NCBI GenBank assembly: GCA_963770895.1
Contig: CAVYRF010000002.1
Coordinates: forward strand, 960,001-1,024,000
Reading direction: 5' to 3'
Length of the DNA: 64,000 nucleotides
Source of the DNA: an uncultured Acidobacteriota bacterium
GTDB lineage: Bacteria; Acidobacteriota; Thermoanaerobaculia; Multivoradales; UBA5704
Shown here in pieces: positions 21,689-30,730 of the stretch. How positions within the stretch are numbered: position 1 is the stretch's first letter; every line of letters begins with the position of its first letter. The notes under the pieces were generated by a model. The model was given only the letters and a program-made list of their open reading frames with translations, had not been told where the DNA came from and ran no database searches. The position numbers and the translations under genes were made by a program.

Positions 21689-21830
21689 GAATGGCTCACT
21701 CTAACAGACCGCGTGGAAGGGGAAACGGGCGGGCGGCTCGCCTGCCCATCCCCAGGAAGAACCGCCCCGCGGCGCGGAAACTTCCCGCGCCGGAGGTGGT
21801 GGGCGAGGCGGCGCGGCAGGGGGGTGTGGG

Positions 21831-23087
21831 TTAGAAGTCGACGTAGCCGCTGGCGGCGCGCACCCGGCAGCCGCTCTGGTCGACGCTGACCTTGACGTTG
21901 TGCCAGCTGCCGTCGTTCTTGACGTTGCTGGGATAGAAGCCGATGGCGTACTGCTCGCGCAGCTCCTGCATGATGCCGCGGAAGACGCCCTCGATGTCGG
22001 AGGTGCGCTCGATCCGCTGCACCCGCCCGCCGCTCTCGTCGACCGCCCGCTCCAGCTGGCGATAGTCCTTGTCGTTTTCGGCGTGGCCGCGCCACGAGCT
22101 GGTGTAGGACTTGTGCTTCTCGCCGCCGTCGAGCTGCAGCCAATAGATCAGCGACTGGCTGGCCTTCGCCTTGCGCAGCACGTCCGACATCGACAGCACG
22201 CTGTTGACGTCGGAACCGTCGGACAGCAGCACCACCACCCGCCGCCCCTGGCGCCCTTCCAGCATTTTGAGCGACATGTACAGGAAGTCGTCGACCGCGG
22301 TGCCGCCGCGCGCCTCGACGCCGGTCAACGCCGCTTCCAGGGCTGCATGATCGGAGGTGAAGTTGGTAACCCGCAACAGCTGGTCGGAGAACAGCGCCAG
22401 CATGGCTTCGTCGAGCGGCCGCATGCCGCCGATGAAGGCGCGCGCGCCGCTCTCGGCGGCGGCCAGCAGCTCGCCGCGCATGCTCTCGCTGGAATCGAGC
22501 AGCAGCACGGCGGTGATCGGCAGCTCGCCCTTGTCGAAGGTGACGATCGTCTGCGCGTCGCCGTTGTCGACGACGTGGAAATCCTGGGCGCCCAGGTTGA
22601 GGGTGCGCGCGTTGCCTTGGGTCACGGTGACAAAGAGCTGCTGCAGCCGCAGGCTCATCTGCTCGTCGATGCGCACCGGCAACGTCACCAGCTTGGCCTC
22701 GGCCGTGGCACCGCCCACCGCGTGGGCGACGGCGCGGAACTCCCGCTCGCGGTTGTCGTCGCCGACGTCGACCATCAACCGGTAGGGCGGCCGCCGCACC
22801 GTCCCGGCGGGTTTGCCGTCCACCAGCAGGTCGACGTGATCGATCGCTTCGGTGCCGCTCACCTGCACCTCGAACGCCACCTGTCCGAAGACCGGCTGGT
22901 CCGGCGCCGGCGTCACGATCCGCACCGCGACCGCCGCGCGCGCCGGCGCCGTCGCCAGCAGCGCACATCCGCCGGCGCTGACCAGGCCGGCGACCTGCGC
23001 CAGCGCGACCAGGGTGGCGCGGGAGACGAGGGACGCACGGGCAGAGAGGGTGCCGCCCGCCGCGGATGCAAACCGGGAGCGTCTCAT
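21831..23087 (-). CDS. Exported Ig-like + VWA domain protein (acidobacterial VWFA-related type)
   Basis: Start MRRSRFAS overlaps the TPR-gene stop; MIDAS 'LLLDSSESM', 'GGTAVDD', 'LLSDGSDVNS', 'QYAIGFYP...GSWHNVKV'. Confidence 0.88.
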   Translation of the reverse strand: MRRSRFASAAGGTLSARASLVSRATLVALAQVAGLVSAGGCALLATAPARAAVAVRIVTPAPDQPVFGQVAFEVQVSGTEAIDHVDLLVDGKPAGTVRRPPYRLMVDVGDDNREREFRAVAHAVGGATAEAKLVTLPVRIDEQMSLRLQQLFVTVTQGNARTLNLGAQDFHVVDNGDAQTIVTFDKGELPITAVLLLDSSESMRGELLAAAESGARAFIGGMRPLDEAMLALFSDQLLRVTNFTSDHAALEAALTGVEARGGTAVDDFLYMSLKMLEGRQGRRVVVLLSDGSDVNSVLSMSDVLRKAKASQSLIYWLQLDGGEKHKSYTSSWRGHAENDKDYRQLERAVDESGGRVQRIERTSDIEGVFRGIMQELREQYAIGFYPSNVKNDGSWHNVKVSVDQSGCRVRAASGYVDF

Positions 23088-24547
23088 GGCTGCTGCACCT
23101 CCGCCGGCCTGCCGGCCGCCGCTTCGTCGGGCGGCCGCACCGGCTCGCCCAGGGCCTGCTCCAGCACGCGCATGCGCGAGGCCACGTTTTCCTCGAAGAA
23201 GGTGCGCGAGGCGGCAACGGTGTCGGCGCCGCTGGTGTTGTAGCGGAACCGCGCGCCCTCGCTGCTTTCGGGGGCGGACAGGTTGAGCGTCGCGATCTCG
23301 TCGATCACCTGGCGCCCCTCCTTGACCTTCCCCTGGTGGTCCAGCGCGGCGGCCAGCTGGACGCGCATCCGCACGCTGCGCGGGTAGCGCTCCAAGCCCT
23401 GGCGCAGCACCTTTTCGGACGCCGCCGGAGCCCTTGTCTCGTGCAGCCGGGCCAGCTCCTCGAAGGCGAGCGGCAACACCCACGAGTCGCCGTGCTCGGC
23501 GGTCAGCACCTCCAGCAGCCTGGTCTCCTCCGCCGTCTTGCCCAGCCGCCCCAGGTTGATCGCCAGGCGCAGCCGCGCCTCCTGGTTGGTGGGATCGAGC
23601 GCCACCACCTTGCGCAGCCAGTTGGCGGCGCTCTGGTACTGCTCGAACTTCTCGTAGATCAGCCCCAGGTTGAGCGCCGGCGCCGGGTTGCGCGGGTCGA
23701 GCTCCGCCGCCTGGGTATAGAGCTCGGCCGCCGATTCGTGCTGGGCGCCGCGCCGCAGCAGGTCGCCCAGCACGGTGAGCACGTGGCTCGCCACCAGGGT
23801 GGCGCCTTCGCTGCCGGACTGCTTGCGATAGAGCAGAGCCAGGTCGCGGACCATGGTGCGCGAGTGGTTTTCCACCAGCGCGTGCCCCATGGGCGGCTGC
23901 CGGAGATAGGCCTGGTAGACCTCGAAATGCATGCGGGCGATCGGCAGCAACACTTCCAGGTCGGCCGCCGCCACCTGGTCGATGACCGCCTCTTCCGCCT
24001 TGAGCAGCTTTTTGGCGGTGCGGGCGTCGCTGTCGCGCACCACCCTGGTTTCGAGCGCGCCCAGCTCGCCGCAGGCCACCTCGGACTTGCCGGCCGCCCA
24101 ATGCATCATCGCCTGCCGGTAGAGCGCCTGCACGCGCTCACCCTCGGGCTGCTCGCCGGGCGCAAGCGGCGGCACCGGCGCCGCCGGAGCCATGGCCGCG
24201 GCGCGACCGCCGGGACCCATGCGAGTGCCGGGCGCCGGCGGCGGCGGCACGGCGCCGGGAGCGAACGGGTCGGGCTTGCTGAACAGCACTCCGGACCAGG
24301 GATCGCCGCCGCCGCCCACCGGCGCGGTGGTGGTGACCATCGGCGCGGGCGCCGACGCGCCGGACGGCGAGGGCGCCCCCGCCGGAGACCCCAGCGAAGC
24401 GCCCTGCTGCAAACCCTTGGGATGGGATGCGGCCAGCGCGCCCGCGGCACCGGCGCCGGCGACCAGAACGGCCGCCAGGGCTACCTTGGTCCGTGGAAAA
24501 GTCCGGCGATGCGCGGCCGCGACGACTCCAAACGGCGATCTGACCAT
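23084..24547 (-). CDS. Exported tetratricopeptide-repeat protein
   Basis: Signal-like N-terminus; TPRs 'YTQAAELDPRNPAPALNLGLIY', 'LRKVVALDPTNQEARLRLA'. Confidence 0.85.
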   Translation of the reverse strand: MVRSPFGVVAAAHRRTFPRTKVALAAVLVAGAGAAGALAASHPKGLQQGASLGSPAGAPSPSGASAPAPMVTTTAPVGGGGDPWSGVLFSKPDPFAPGAVPPPPAPGTRMGPGGRAAAMAPAAPVPPLAPGEQPEGERVQALYRQAMMHWAAGKSEVACGELGALETRVVRDSDARTAKKLLKAEEAVIDQVAAADLEVLLPIARMHFEVYQAYLRQPPMGHALVENHSRTMVRDLALLYRKQSGSEGATLVASHVLTVLGDLLRRGAQHESAAELYTQAAELDPRNPAPALNLGLIYEKFEQYQSAANWLRKVVALDPTNQEARLRLAINLGRLGKTAEETRLLEVLTAEHGDSWVLPLAFEELARLHETRAPAASEKVLRQGLERYPRSVRMRVQLAAALDHQGKVKEGRQVIDEIATLNLSAPESSEGARFRYNTSGADTVAASRTFFEENVASRMRVLEQALGEPVRPPDEAAAGRPAEVQQP

Positions 24548-24791
24548 GCTGGCCTCCCTAAGTCGATGTCAGAACGTACCACAGACATCAAACAATGCGC
24601 AAGCCAGTGTCATGCGATTGCAGAATTGGAGATACCGCGCACAGTATCCGCCAGCGTTTGCGCATTCTGTTGCAGGGCTCGAACGACGTCCAGGGACGCG
24701 GGATGGAAGAGAGCTGCGGGACCTGCGGCCCGCCGGCGCTTGGCACACCGGCGGGCGGGAGAGCACTGCGAAGGTCGCTTTTGGCGGCGGA

Positions 24792-26165
24792 TCAGTGCTT
24801 CTTGCGGTGGCCGCCGCCGTTGGTGGCGACCGGTTCCTTCGGCACCAGCACCTCGGCCAGGTTGGCCGCGGCCTGAGGAGAGAACAGGTACCGCGTCCAG
24901 ACCGTCCTGGCCACCGCCTTGCGCGCTGACGCCGCGGCGGCTTCGGGGGCCGGTTCGGAGAACATCGAAGGCGCCAGGTCGGCCGCCGGGATGTCGGCGC
25001 CGAACTGGGCGTTGATCGCGGCGATGAAGGCGTTGGCGACGTAGGCGTAGCCGAACGCCGTGGGATGCACGCCGTCGTAGCCGAACACGCCGCCGGTGAG
25101 GAAGTCGGCGTTGAACGCCACGCCGCCCACTTCGATGCCGGAGGAGGCCAGCTGGGCGAGCAGCGAATTGACGTCCACGTAGGCCGCTCCCAGCTGGCTG
25201 GCGGTCGCCTGGATGATCTGGTTGTACTGCTGCACCGCGGCGTCGATCGTCGCCGCGTCGCCGGCGGTGAGCACCACCGAGGCCGGCAGCCCCTTGCCGG
25301 TGCCGCCCAGCGCCGCCGGAATGCCCACCCCGGCCGCCAGGTAGGCGCTGGCCGGGAGCAGCACGTGGTCGTCCGCCGCCAGCGGCCCATTGGGACCGAG
25401 GATCGGCACCGGCGCGCCGCCGATCAGGACCAGCTGGTTGGTGGCCGGATTCACCACGAAGGGCGGAATGGTGGTCACGAACGGAATGCTGGTGACGTCA
25501 GGGATGTTGGCCAGCGCCATCTTGGCGCCGGTCGTCGCCAGCGCGCCGGCGATCTCGGTGTACTCGCTCTGGAAGGTGGCGACCGGGGTGAGCAGCGCGA
25601 CGTTGCCCGAGGTCGCCGCGCCCAGCGCGTCGTTGTTGCCGATCCACAGCGTCACAAAGGTCGGCTTGGACCCCACCGCTTCTTCCAGCTGGGTGCCGAA
25701 GCCGCGCAGGATGATGTCGTGGAAGCCGGGCGTGAAGGGCGGCACCTGGGTGTCGCTCTTGATCGTCAGCATGCTGGTCAACGTTTCGCCGGGGATGCCC
25801 AGGTTGTTGTAGGGGACCGGCAGGGTGAGGTTTTCGGGCGCCCCTTCGCCGGCCACGGGCGTGATGTCGGTCGGGAACAGGCCGACCAGGTGCAGGATGC
25901 CCGGGATGCCCGGCGGCGAGATCAGCGGCTGCTGGAAGTTGAGCGTGCCGGCCGTCGCCTGGTTGGCGATGATCGAGGGGTAGTCGCGCTTCTGCGCGAT
26001 GTCGATCAGGCTGGCGCTGGTGTAGCCGGCGGTGAGGCTGTCGCCGCACGAGACGTAGTTGGTGAAGTCGGCGGAGCCGGTATTGACGGCGAAAGCCGCG
26101 CCCGGTGCCGCCAGCAGCGGAAGGGCGAGCGCCAGCAGCGGGGCGAGTGCGCGGTTACGGTTCAT
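24792..26165 (-). CDS. Exported SGNH/GDSL lipase/esterase
   Basis: GGAG RBS; signal peptide MNRNRALAPLL; blocks 'GDSLTAG', 'NNLGIPG', 'WIGNND', 'DGVHP'. Confidence 0.92.
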   Translation of the reverse strand: MNRNRALAPLLALALPLLAAPGAAFAVNTGSADFTNYVSCGDSLTAGYTSASLIDIAQKRDYPSIIANQATAGTLNFQQPLISPPGIPGILHLVGLFPTDITPVAGEGAPENLTLPVPYNNLGIPGETLTSMLTIKSDTQVPPFTPGFHDIILRGFGTQLEEAVGSKPTFVTLWIGNNDALGAATSGNVALLTPVATFQSEYTEIAGALATTGAKMALANIPDVTSIPFVTTIPPFVVNPATNQLVLIGGAPVPILGPNGPLAADDHVLLPASAYLAAGVGIPAALGGTGKGLPASVVLTAGDAATIDAAVQQYNQIIQATASQLGAAYVDVNSLLAQLASSGIEVGGVAFNADFLTGGVFGYDGVHPTAFGYAYVANAFIAAINAQFGADIPAADLAPSMFSEPAPEAAAASARKAVARTVWTRYLFSPQAAANLAEVLVPKEPVATNGGGHRKKH

Positions 26166-26185
26166 GGCGTGGTCTCCTCGCGTGC

Positions 26186-27562
26186 TTACTGGTGGAATCC
26201 GACAGTCAGGCTGACCAGCAGGGCGCGCGTGCTGTAGGTGCCGTAGAAGGGGCCCAGCTGATCGTCGGAGAAGGTGGAGGTGCGGGTGCGGTCGGCAAAG
26301 AACAGGTACATGACGCCCAGGTCGACGCTGGTGTGCGCGCCGTACCAGCCGGCGCCGACGGTGACGCCGTTGCGGTTGGCGTCGGGCAGCAGCGGATTGA
26401 CCGTCTCGGTCGGCTGCGGGCTCTGGTCGAACACGTAGCCCAGGCGCCACTTCCACATCGGGCTGGAGGCCCATTCGAGGCCGCCGCGCACCGCGTACGA
26501 ATCCTTCCACCGCTCGACGATCGATTCGTTGGCCAGCTGCCCACCGGGGAAGTTGATGTCCACCTGGTCGAAGCGGCCCCAGCCGAACCAGTTGCCGTCG
26601 ACTTCGAGGGTCAGCGACGGCATGATCTTGTAGCCGACGCCGATGCCGCCCTGGCCGGGGTACTTGATCTCGGTCTTGACCGGGATCGGGGTGTTGAAGG
26701 GGGTGGTGGCGGCCACCAGCGCGTCGAACGTCGGGTCGCCGCTGGTGCGCGGGAAGAGCGTCGCGTTGCCCGTATAGTTGACGTTGATCTGGCTGCGGTA
26801 GGTGGCGCCGAACGACCAGACGTCGTTCTTCCACAGGATGCCGATGTCGCCGCCGAAGCCGTCGTCATAGTTGCTGCGCAGCTTGACCTTGGCGACGTTG
26901 ACCACCTGCAGGGTGAAGGGGTCTTCAGACGGCACGTCCCGTTCCAGCGTGACGTCGGAGACGCGGATGATCGCGCCCAGGCCGATGCCGAAGTTGGGGG
27001 TCACCTGGAACGACACGGTGGGATTGATGTCGAAGTCGTGGATCGCCGCCAGCGTCGACAGGTAGCGGCCGGAGAACGTGTCGGGATTGTTCCATTGGGT
27101 GGTCAAGCCGAACGGCGTTTCGATGCCCAGGCCCACCTGCAGCGTCGGCGTGATCGGCTGGATGTAGTAGGCATGCGGCGGGAACACCTGCAGGCGGTGC
27201 TCCGACGCGTTGGACCCCACACCCGGGAAGGGATTGGCGCCCTGGAAGCTGGCGCGCGTTTCGGTGATGTAGGTGGCCCCGACCGAGCCCGCCGCCTTGC
27301 TGAAGAACGCCATGCCGCCGGGATTGAAGAAGATGACGGACGGGTCGTCGCTCTGCGCGATGACGGCGTCGCCCATGCCGGTGGCCTTGGCGCTCTGCTC
27401 GTAGATGCTGAAGCCCGCCGCGTACGCCGGAGGGGCGGTCATGGTGGCCATCGCCAGGGTTGCCAGGGTCGCCGACACCGCCAGCGCCGCCGTTGCCAAC
27501 GCCGGCGAGACGGCCATCCGGGCGACCGTGGCCTTGAAGGTGAGTGCTCCTCTCCTGCGCAT
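26186..27562 (-). CDS. FadL/OmpP1 family outer-membrane long-chain fatty acid transporter
   Basis: 'AGFSIYEQSAKATGMGDA', 'FFNPGGM', 'PFGLTT', 'INPTVSF', 'PLLPDANR', C-terminal beta strand. Confidence 0.92.
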   Translation of the reverse strand: MRRRGALTFKATVARMAVSPALATAALAVSATLATLAMATMTAPPAYAAGFSIYEQSAKATGMGDAVIAQSDDPSVIFFNPGGMAFFSKAAGSVGATYITETRASFQGANPFPGVGSNASEHRLQVFPPHAYYIQPITPTLQVGLGIETPFGLTTQWNNPDTFSGRYLSTLAAIHDFDINPTVSFQVTPNFGIGLGAIIRVSDVTLERDVPSEDPFTLQVVNVAKVKLRSNYDDGFGGDIGILWKNDVWSFGATYRSQINVNYTGNATLFPRTSGDPTFDALVAATTPFNTPIPVKTEIKYPGQGGIGVGYKIMPSLTLEVDGNWFGWGRFDQVDINFPGGQLANESIVERWKDSYAVRGGLEWASSPMWKWRLGYVFDQSPQPTETVNPLLPDANRNGVTVGAGWYGAHTSVDLGVMYLFFADRTRTSTFSDDQLGPFYGTYSTRALLVSLTVGFHQ

Positions 27563-27691
27563 CCCTTGGATCCTCCTTGCAATCACATCAGTTGACCGCG
27601 ACTTCGCTCCCGGTGGGCGGCCCTGGAGGTGGGCGTAAAGGCCTGTCGAGAGGCTGAGCACGGAGGCGTCAGACGCGCGGAATCTATTCGA

Positions 27692-27720
27692 ACGTTAGTC
27701 GCAAGCGTTCGGGGTGTCAA
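27692..27720 (-). promoter_or_regulatory. Sigma-70 promoter for fadL-lipase operon
   Basis: Minus strand TTGACA-N17-TAACGT, about 130 nt upstream of the fadL start. Confidence 0.65.
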
Positions 27721-27859
27721 TGCTGCGACAGCCGGCACCGCGCCAGGGCGGACGCGCCGGTCCGCGCCGCCCGCGCCGGGCGCCCGGCACAGGGCGCGAG
27801 ACATGCTGCTAGAGTTAGGGCCGCGCCCAGGCGCGGCACCGGAAGAGAGGCAGGCACCC

Positions 27860-28339
27860 ATGGAGTTCGAAAGCGAGATCCACGCGGACACGTTCCACCG
27901 GCTCAAGGAGTATCTGGGGGAGCTTTTCGAGGAGCCCTTCCACGATCCCGAGAACGACCACTTCTATGTCCGCTACGGCACCACCGTGCTGGAGATCTCC
28001 GTCGCACCCTACGGCGACGAAGAAGCGATCGTCGTCATCATGTCGTATTGCGTCCAGGACGTGGAGCTGGCCGAAGACCTGCTGCTCGGCCTGCTGGAGC
28101 TCAATCACCAGCTGCCGTGCGGCTCTTTTTCGCTGGTCGGCAACGACATCTTCTTCTCGCACTCGCTCTTCGGCCGCGGTCTGGAACCGCGCGACCTGCT
28201 GCGCGCCATCACCGCGGTGGCAACGGTGGCCGACGACTACGACGACCGCATCGTCGCGCGCTACGGCGGCCAGACCGCGCTCGAACGCATTCAGGACACC
28301 GGCGGCCGCCGCCGGCGCCAGGGCCTGGGCGACGACTGA
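27860..28339 (+). CDS. YbjN-like (T3SS chaperone fold) protein
   Basis: Acidic 159-aa protein, 'FYVRYGTTVLEISV', 'LLELNHQLPCGSFSL', 'VATVADDYDDRIVARYGG'. Confidence 0.75.
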   Translation: MEFESEIHADTFHRLKEYLGELFEEPFHDPENDHFYVRYGTTVLEISVAPYGDEEAIVVIMSYCVQDVELAEDLLLGLLELNHQLPCGSFSLVGNDIFFSHSLFGRGLEPRDLLRAITAVATVADDYDDRIVARYGGQTALERIQDTGGRRRRQGLGDD

Positions 28340-28367
28340 CGTCGCCGCTCGCCGCTGACACCGCTAG

Positions 28368-28865
28368 TCACCGCCGGCCCTCCTTCATCCCCTCGGCCGC
28401 CTCGCGGTCCAGCTCCTTGCGCTTTTCGGTTTCGCGCTTGTCGTACAGCTTCTTGCCTTGCGCCAGGGCGATCTCCACCTTGATCCAGTTGCCCTTCAGA
28501 TAGATGGACAGCGGCACCACGGTGTACCCCTTGAGCAGGGTGCGGCCGAACAGGCGCTCGATCTGGCGCCGCTTGAGCAGCAGGCGCCGGGGGCGCTCCG
28601 GCGGGTGGTTCTCGCGGTTGCCGTGGCTGTAGTGGCTGATGTGGGCGCCGACCAGGAAGGCCTGGCCGTCGTGAAACTCGACAAAGCTGTCCTTGAGCTG
28701 CACCCTGCCGGCACGGATCGATTTGACCTCGGTGCCCTGGAGCTGCAAGCCGGCTTCGAACGATTCGAGGATGTGGTAGTCGTGTTGCGCGCGGCGATTG
28801 CTCGCCAGCCGGGTGGGTGGTGCCGCCGGGTCGCGCTTTGTGCCGGGTTTGGGTGCCGCCGCCAT
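28368..28865 (-). CDS. smpB: SsrA-binding protein SmpB
   Basis: 'NRRAQHDYHILESFEAGLQLQGTEVKSIR', 'NHPPERPRRLLL', 'GKKLYDKRE'. Confidence 0.97.
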   Translation of the reverse strand: MAAAPKPGTKRDPAAPPTRLASNRRAQHDYHILESFEAGLQLQGTEVKSIRAGRVQLKDSFVEFHDGQAFLVGAHISHYSHGNRENHPPERPRRLLLKRRQIERLFGRTLLKGYTVVPLSIYLKGNWIKVEIALAQGKKLYDKRETEKRKELDREAAEGMKEGRR

Positions 28866-29019
28866 GATGCGGCTAAGTCTACTTGCATCGGGCATGATGC
28901 GCTTCTGCATCACCACGTGGTGCGTAAAAGCCACACCACCTTGCGCCAGGGCGCGGCACCGCCCTGTAGAAAGCACTTCAAACCCCTCCCAGGTAACACT
29001 TTAGCCCGTCCGGGACGGC

Positions 29020-29035
29020 TGGCATCGAGCCTGCA
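29020..29035 (+). promoter_or_regulatory. Putative sigma-54 promoter of lpxC
   Basis: TGGCATCGAGCCTGCA (GG-N10-GC), 25-37 nt before the lpxC start candidates; palindrome TGATGC-N6-GCATCA at 28895-28912 upstream. Confidence 0.55.
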
Positions 29036-29059
29036 CAGCAGAAATGCCGACCGTCATCC

Positions 29060-30079
29060 ATGGACGACCCAATGCCCAAGACATCCAACCACTCGCACCC
29101 GTCCACAGCCACCACCGCCCACCCGACGCATCCGCTCTTCCGTCAAAAGACCATCGCCCGCCAGACCGGGATCACCGGCGTGGGCATCCATACCGGCCGG
29201 CCCATCCACCTGGAGCTGTACCCCGCTCCCGCCGGCACCGGCATCGTGTTCCGCCGCACCGACAGCGGCGGCGTCGAGATCCCGGCCCTGGCCAGCGAAG
29301 TCAGCTCGGTCGAGCTGGCGACGACGCTGGGACGCGACGACGTGACGATCTCGACCGTCGAGCACCTGCTGGCAGCCATCCGGGCCTGCGACATCGACAA
29401 CGTGCGCATCGACCTCGACGGACCCGAAGTCCCCATCCTGGACGGCTCGGCGCTGCCTTTCGTGCACCTCCTTGACGCAGCGGGAGTGCGGTGGCAGGGA
29501 GCGCCGCGCCGCATCATGGCGATCACCGCGCCGCTCACCGTCGAGCTGGGCGGCAAGCGCATCCGCGCCTCGCCCTTCCCCGGCCTGCGGGTGAGCTACC
29601 AGATCGACTTCGCGGTGCCGGCCATCGGCCACCAGGAAACGGACGTGGTGGTGGATCGCGACTCGTTCGTGCGCGAGCTGGCGCCGGCGCGCACCTTCGC
29701 GCTGCTGGCAGACGTCGAATGGCTGCACCGCCGCGGCCTGGGTCTGGGCGGCAGCCTGGACAACTGCGTCATTTTCAGCCCCGAAGGCCCCGCCAACACG
29801 CAGCTGCGCTACCCCGACGAGCCGGTGCGGCACAAGGCGCTGGACGTGATCGGCGACCTGGCGCTGACCGGCGCGCCGCTGTGGGCCCACATCGAAGTGG
29901 AGCGCGGCGGCCATCAGGTGCACTACTCGCTGGTGGAAGCGATCCGCGAGCGCACCGCCTGCTGGACCTGGATCGACGGTCTGGACAAGGTAGCCGCGGC
30001 GGTCGCCACGGCGGACGGCGACCGCGCCCTGGCGGCGGCGGACTGCGCCGGCCATCCGATGCAGCGGCTGGCCACCTGA
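29060..30079 (+). CDS. lpxC: UDP-3-O-acyl-N-acetylglucosamine deacetylase
   Basis: 'RQKTI', 'GVGIHTG', 'TGIVFRRTD', 'STVEHLLAA', 'EVPILDGSA', 'APARTF', 'RHKALDVIGDL', 'GGH'. Confidence 0.96.
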   Translation: MDDPMPKTSNHSHPSTATTAHPTHPLFRQKTIARQTGITGVGIHTGRPIHLELYPAPAGTGIVFRRTDSGGVEIPALASEVSSVELATTLGRDDVTISTVEHLLAAIRACDIDNVRIDLDGPEVPILDGSALPFVHLLDAAGVRWQGAPRRIMAITAPLTVELGGKRIRASPFPGLRVSYQIDFAVPAIGHQETDVVVDRDSFVRELAPARTFALLADVEWLHRRGLGLGGSLDNCVIFSPEGPANTQLRYPDEPVRHKALDVIGDLALTGAPLWAHIEVERGGHQVHYSLVEAIRERTACWTWIDGLDKVAAAVATADGDRALAAADCAGHPMQRLAT

Positions 30080-30085
30080 CCTGGG

Positions 30086-30128
30086 GCCGGTGTCCCGTCC
30101 GGGACACCGGCGCCGGACGGTATCCGGC
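30086..30128. terminator. Strong GC hairpins after lpxC (no U-tract)
   Basis: Perfect inverted repeat gccggtgtcccg-tc-cgggacaccggc (30086-30111), followed by gccgga-cggta-tccggc. Confidence 0.5.
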
Positions 30129-30163
30129 CGCTGTCGCAGCGGGGTGCTAGACTCGCTCGGTTC

Positions 30164-30730
30164 ATGAGAGCGACTCTAGCGCTCCTGTGCTTGCTTTGCT
30201 TCGCCTCACAAGCCAGAGGGGCGGAGGCGAAAATCTCTGATTTTCAGATCGCCCTGGACGGCACCCAGGTGCTGGCCAGCCTCAACCTGGTCAACGCCTT
30301 CGACCACCGCTTCCTCGCCAGGGTCGAAAGCGGCCTCCCCACCGTCATCGTCTATCGCTTCGAGCTGGACCAGAACCGTCACAACTGGTGGGACCCGCGG
30401 CTGAAGGCCAACTCGCTGGAGGTGGAAGCGCTTTACGACGCGGTGGCGCGCGTCTATGCGATCTATTTCCGCCTCGACGGCAAGCTGATCGAGAGCCGCA
30501 ACGTGCACGACCGCAAGGCGCTCGAGGCGGCAATGACCCACATCGAGCGGCTGCCGGTGTTCAGCCTGGTCGACGTCCACAATCGCAATCGCCTGCTGCT
30601 GCGCACGCGCGCGGAGCTGGGGTCGCGCAACATCCTCTCCTTCGTCCCGGTGATGATCACCACCGAGTGGGTGGAATCGGCCAAGTTCCGCTCGCCGGCG
30701 GCGGCGACGGGAGCCGCGGCCCCGCCATGA
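30164..30730 (+). CDS. DUF4390 domain exported protein
   Basis: Signal peptide; 'ESGLPTVIVYRFEL', 'LYDAVARVY'; overlaps the ntrY start as in the conserved DUF4390-ntrY-ntrX arrangement. Confidence 0.8.
   Translation: MRATLALLCLLCFASQARGAEAKISDFQIALDGTQVLASLNLVNAFDHRFLARVESGLPTVIVYRFELDQNRHNWWDPRLKANSLEVEALYDAVARVYAIYFRLDGKLIESRNVHDRKALEAAMTHIERLPVFSLVDVHNRNRLLLRTRAELGSRNILSFVPVMITTEWVESAKFRSPAAATGAAAPP

Noticed and set aside
24590-24615. Possible sigma-54 promoter upstream of the TPR-VWA operon
   Set aside because: Best minus-strand matches give GG-N10-GT or wrong spacing; not supportable.
28340-29060. tmRNA (ssrA) next to smpB
   Set aside because: No tRNA-Ala-like ends (GGGG...TCCACCA) and insufficient intergenic space.
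29005-30105. 12-mer CCCGTCCGGGAC on both sides of lpxC as a target-site duplication
   Set aside because: Short, GC-rich and part of local hairpins; lpxC is in its usual context, so chance is likely.
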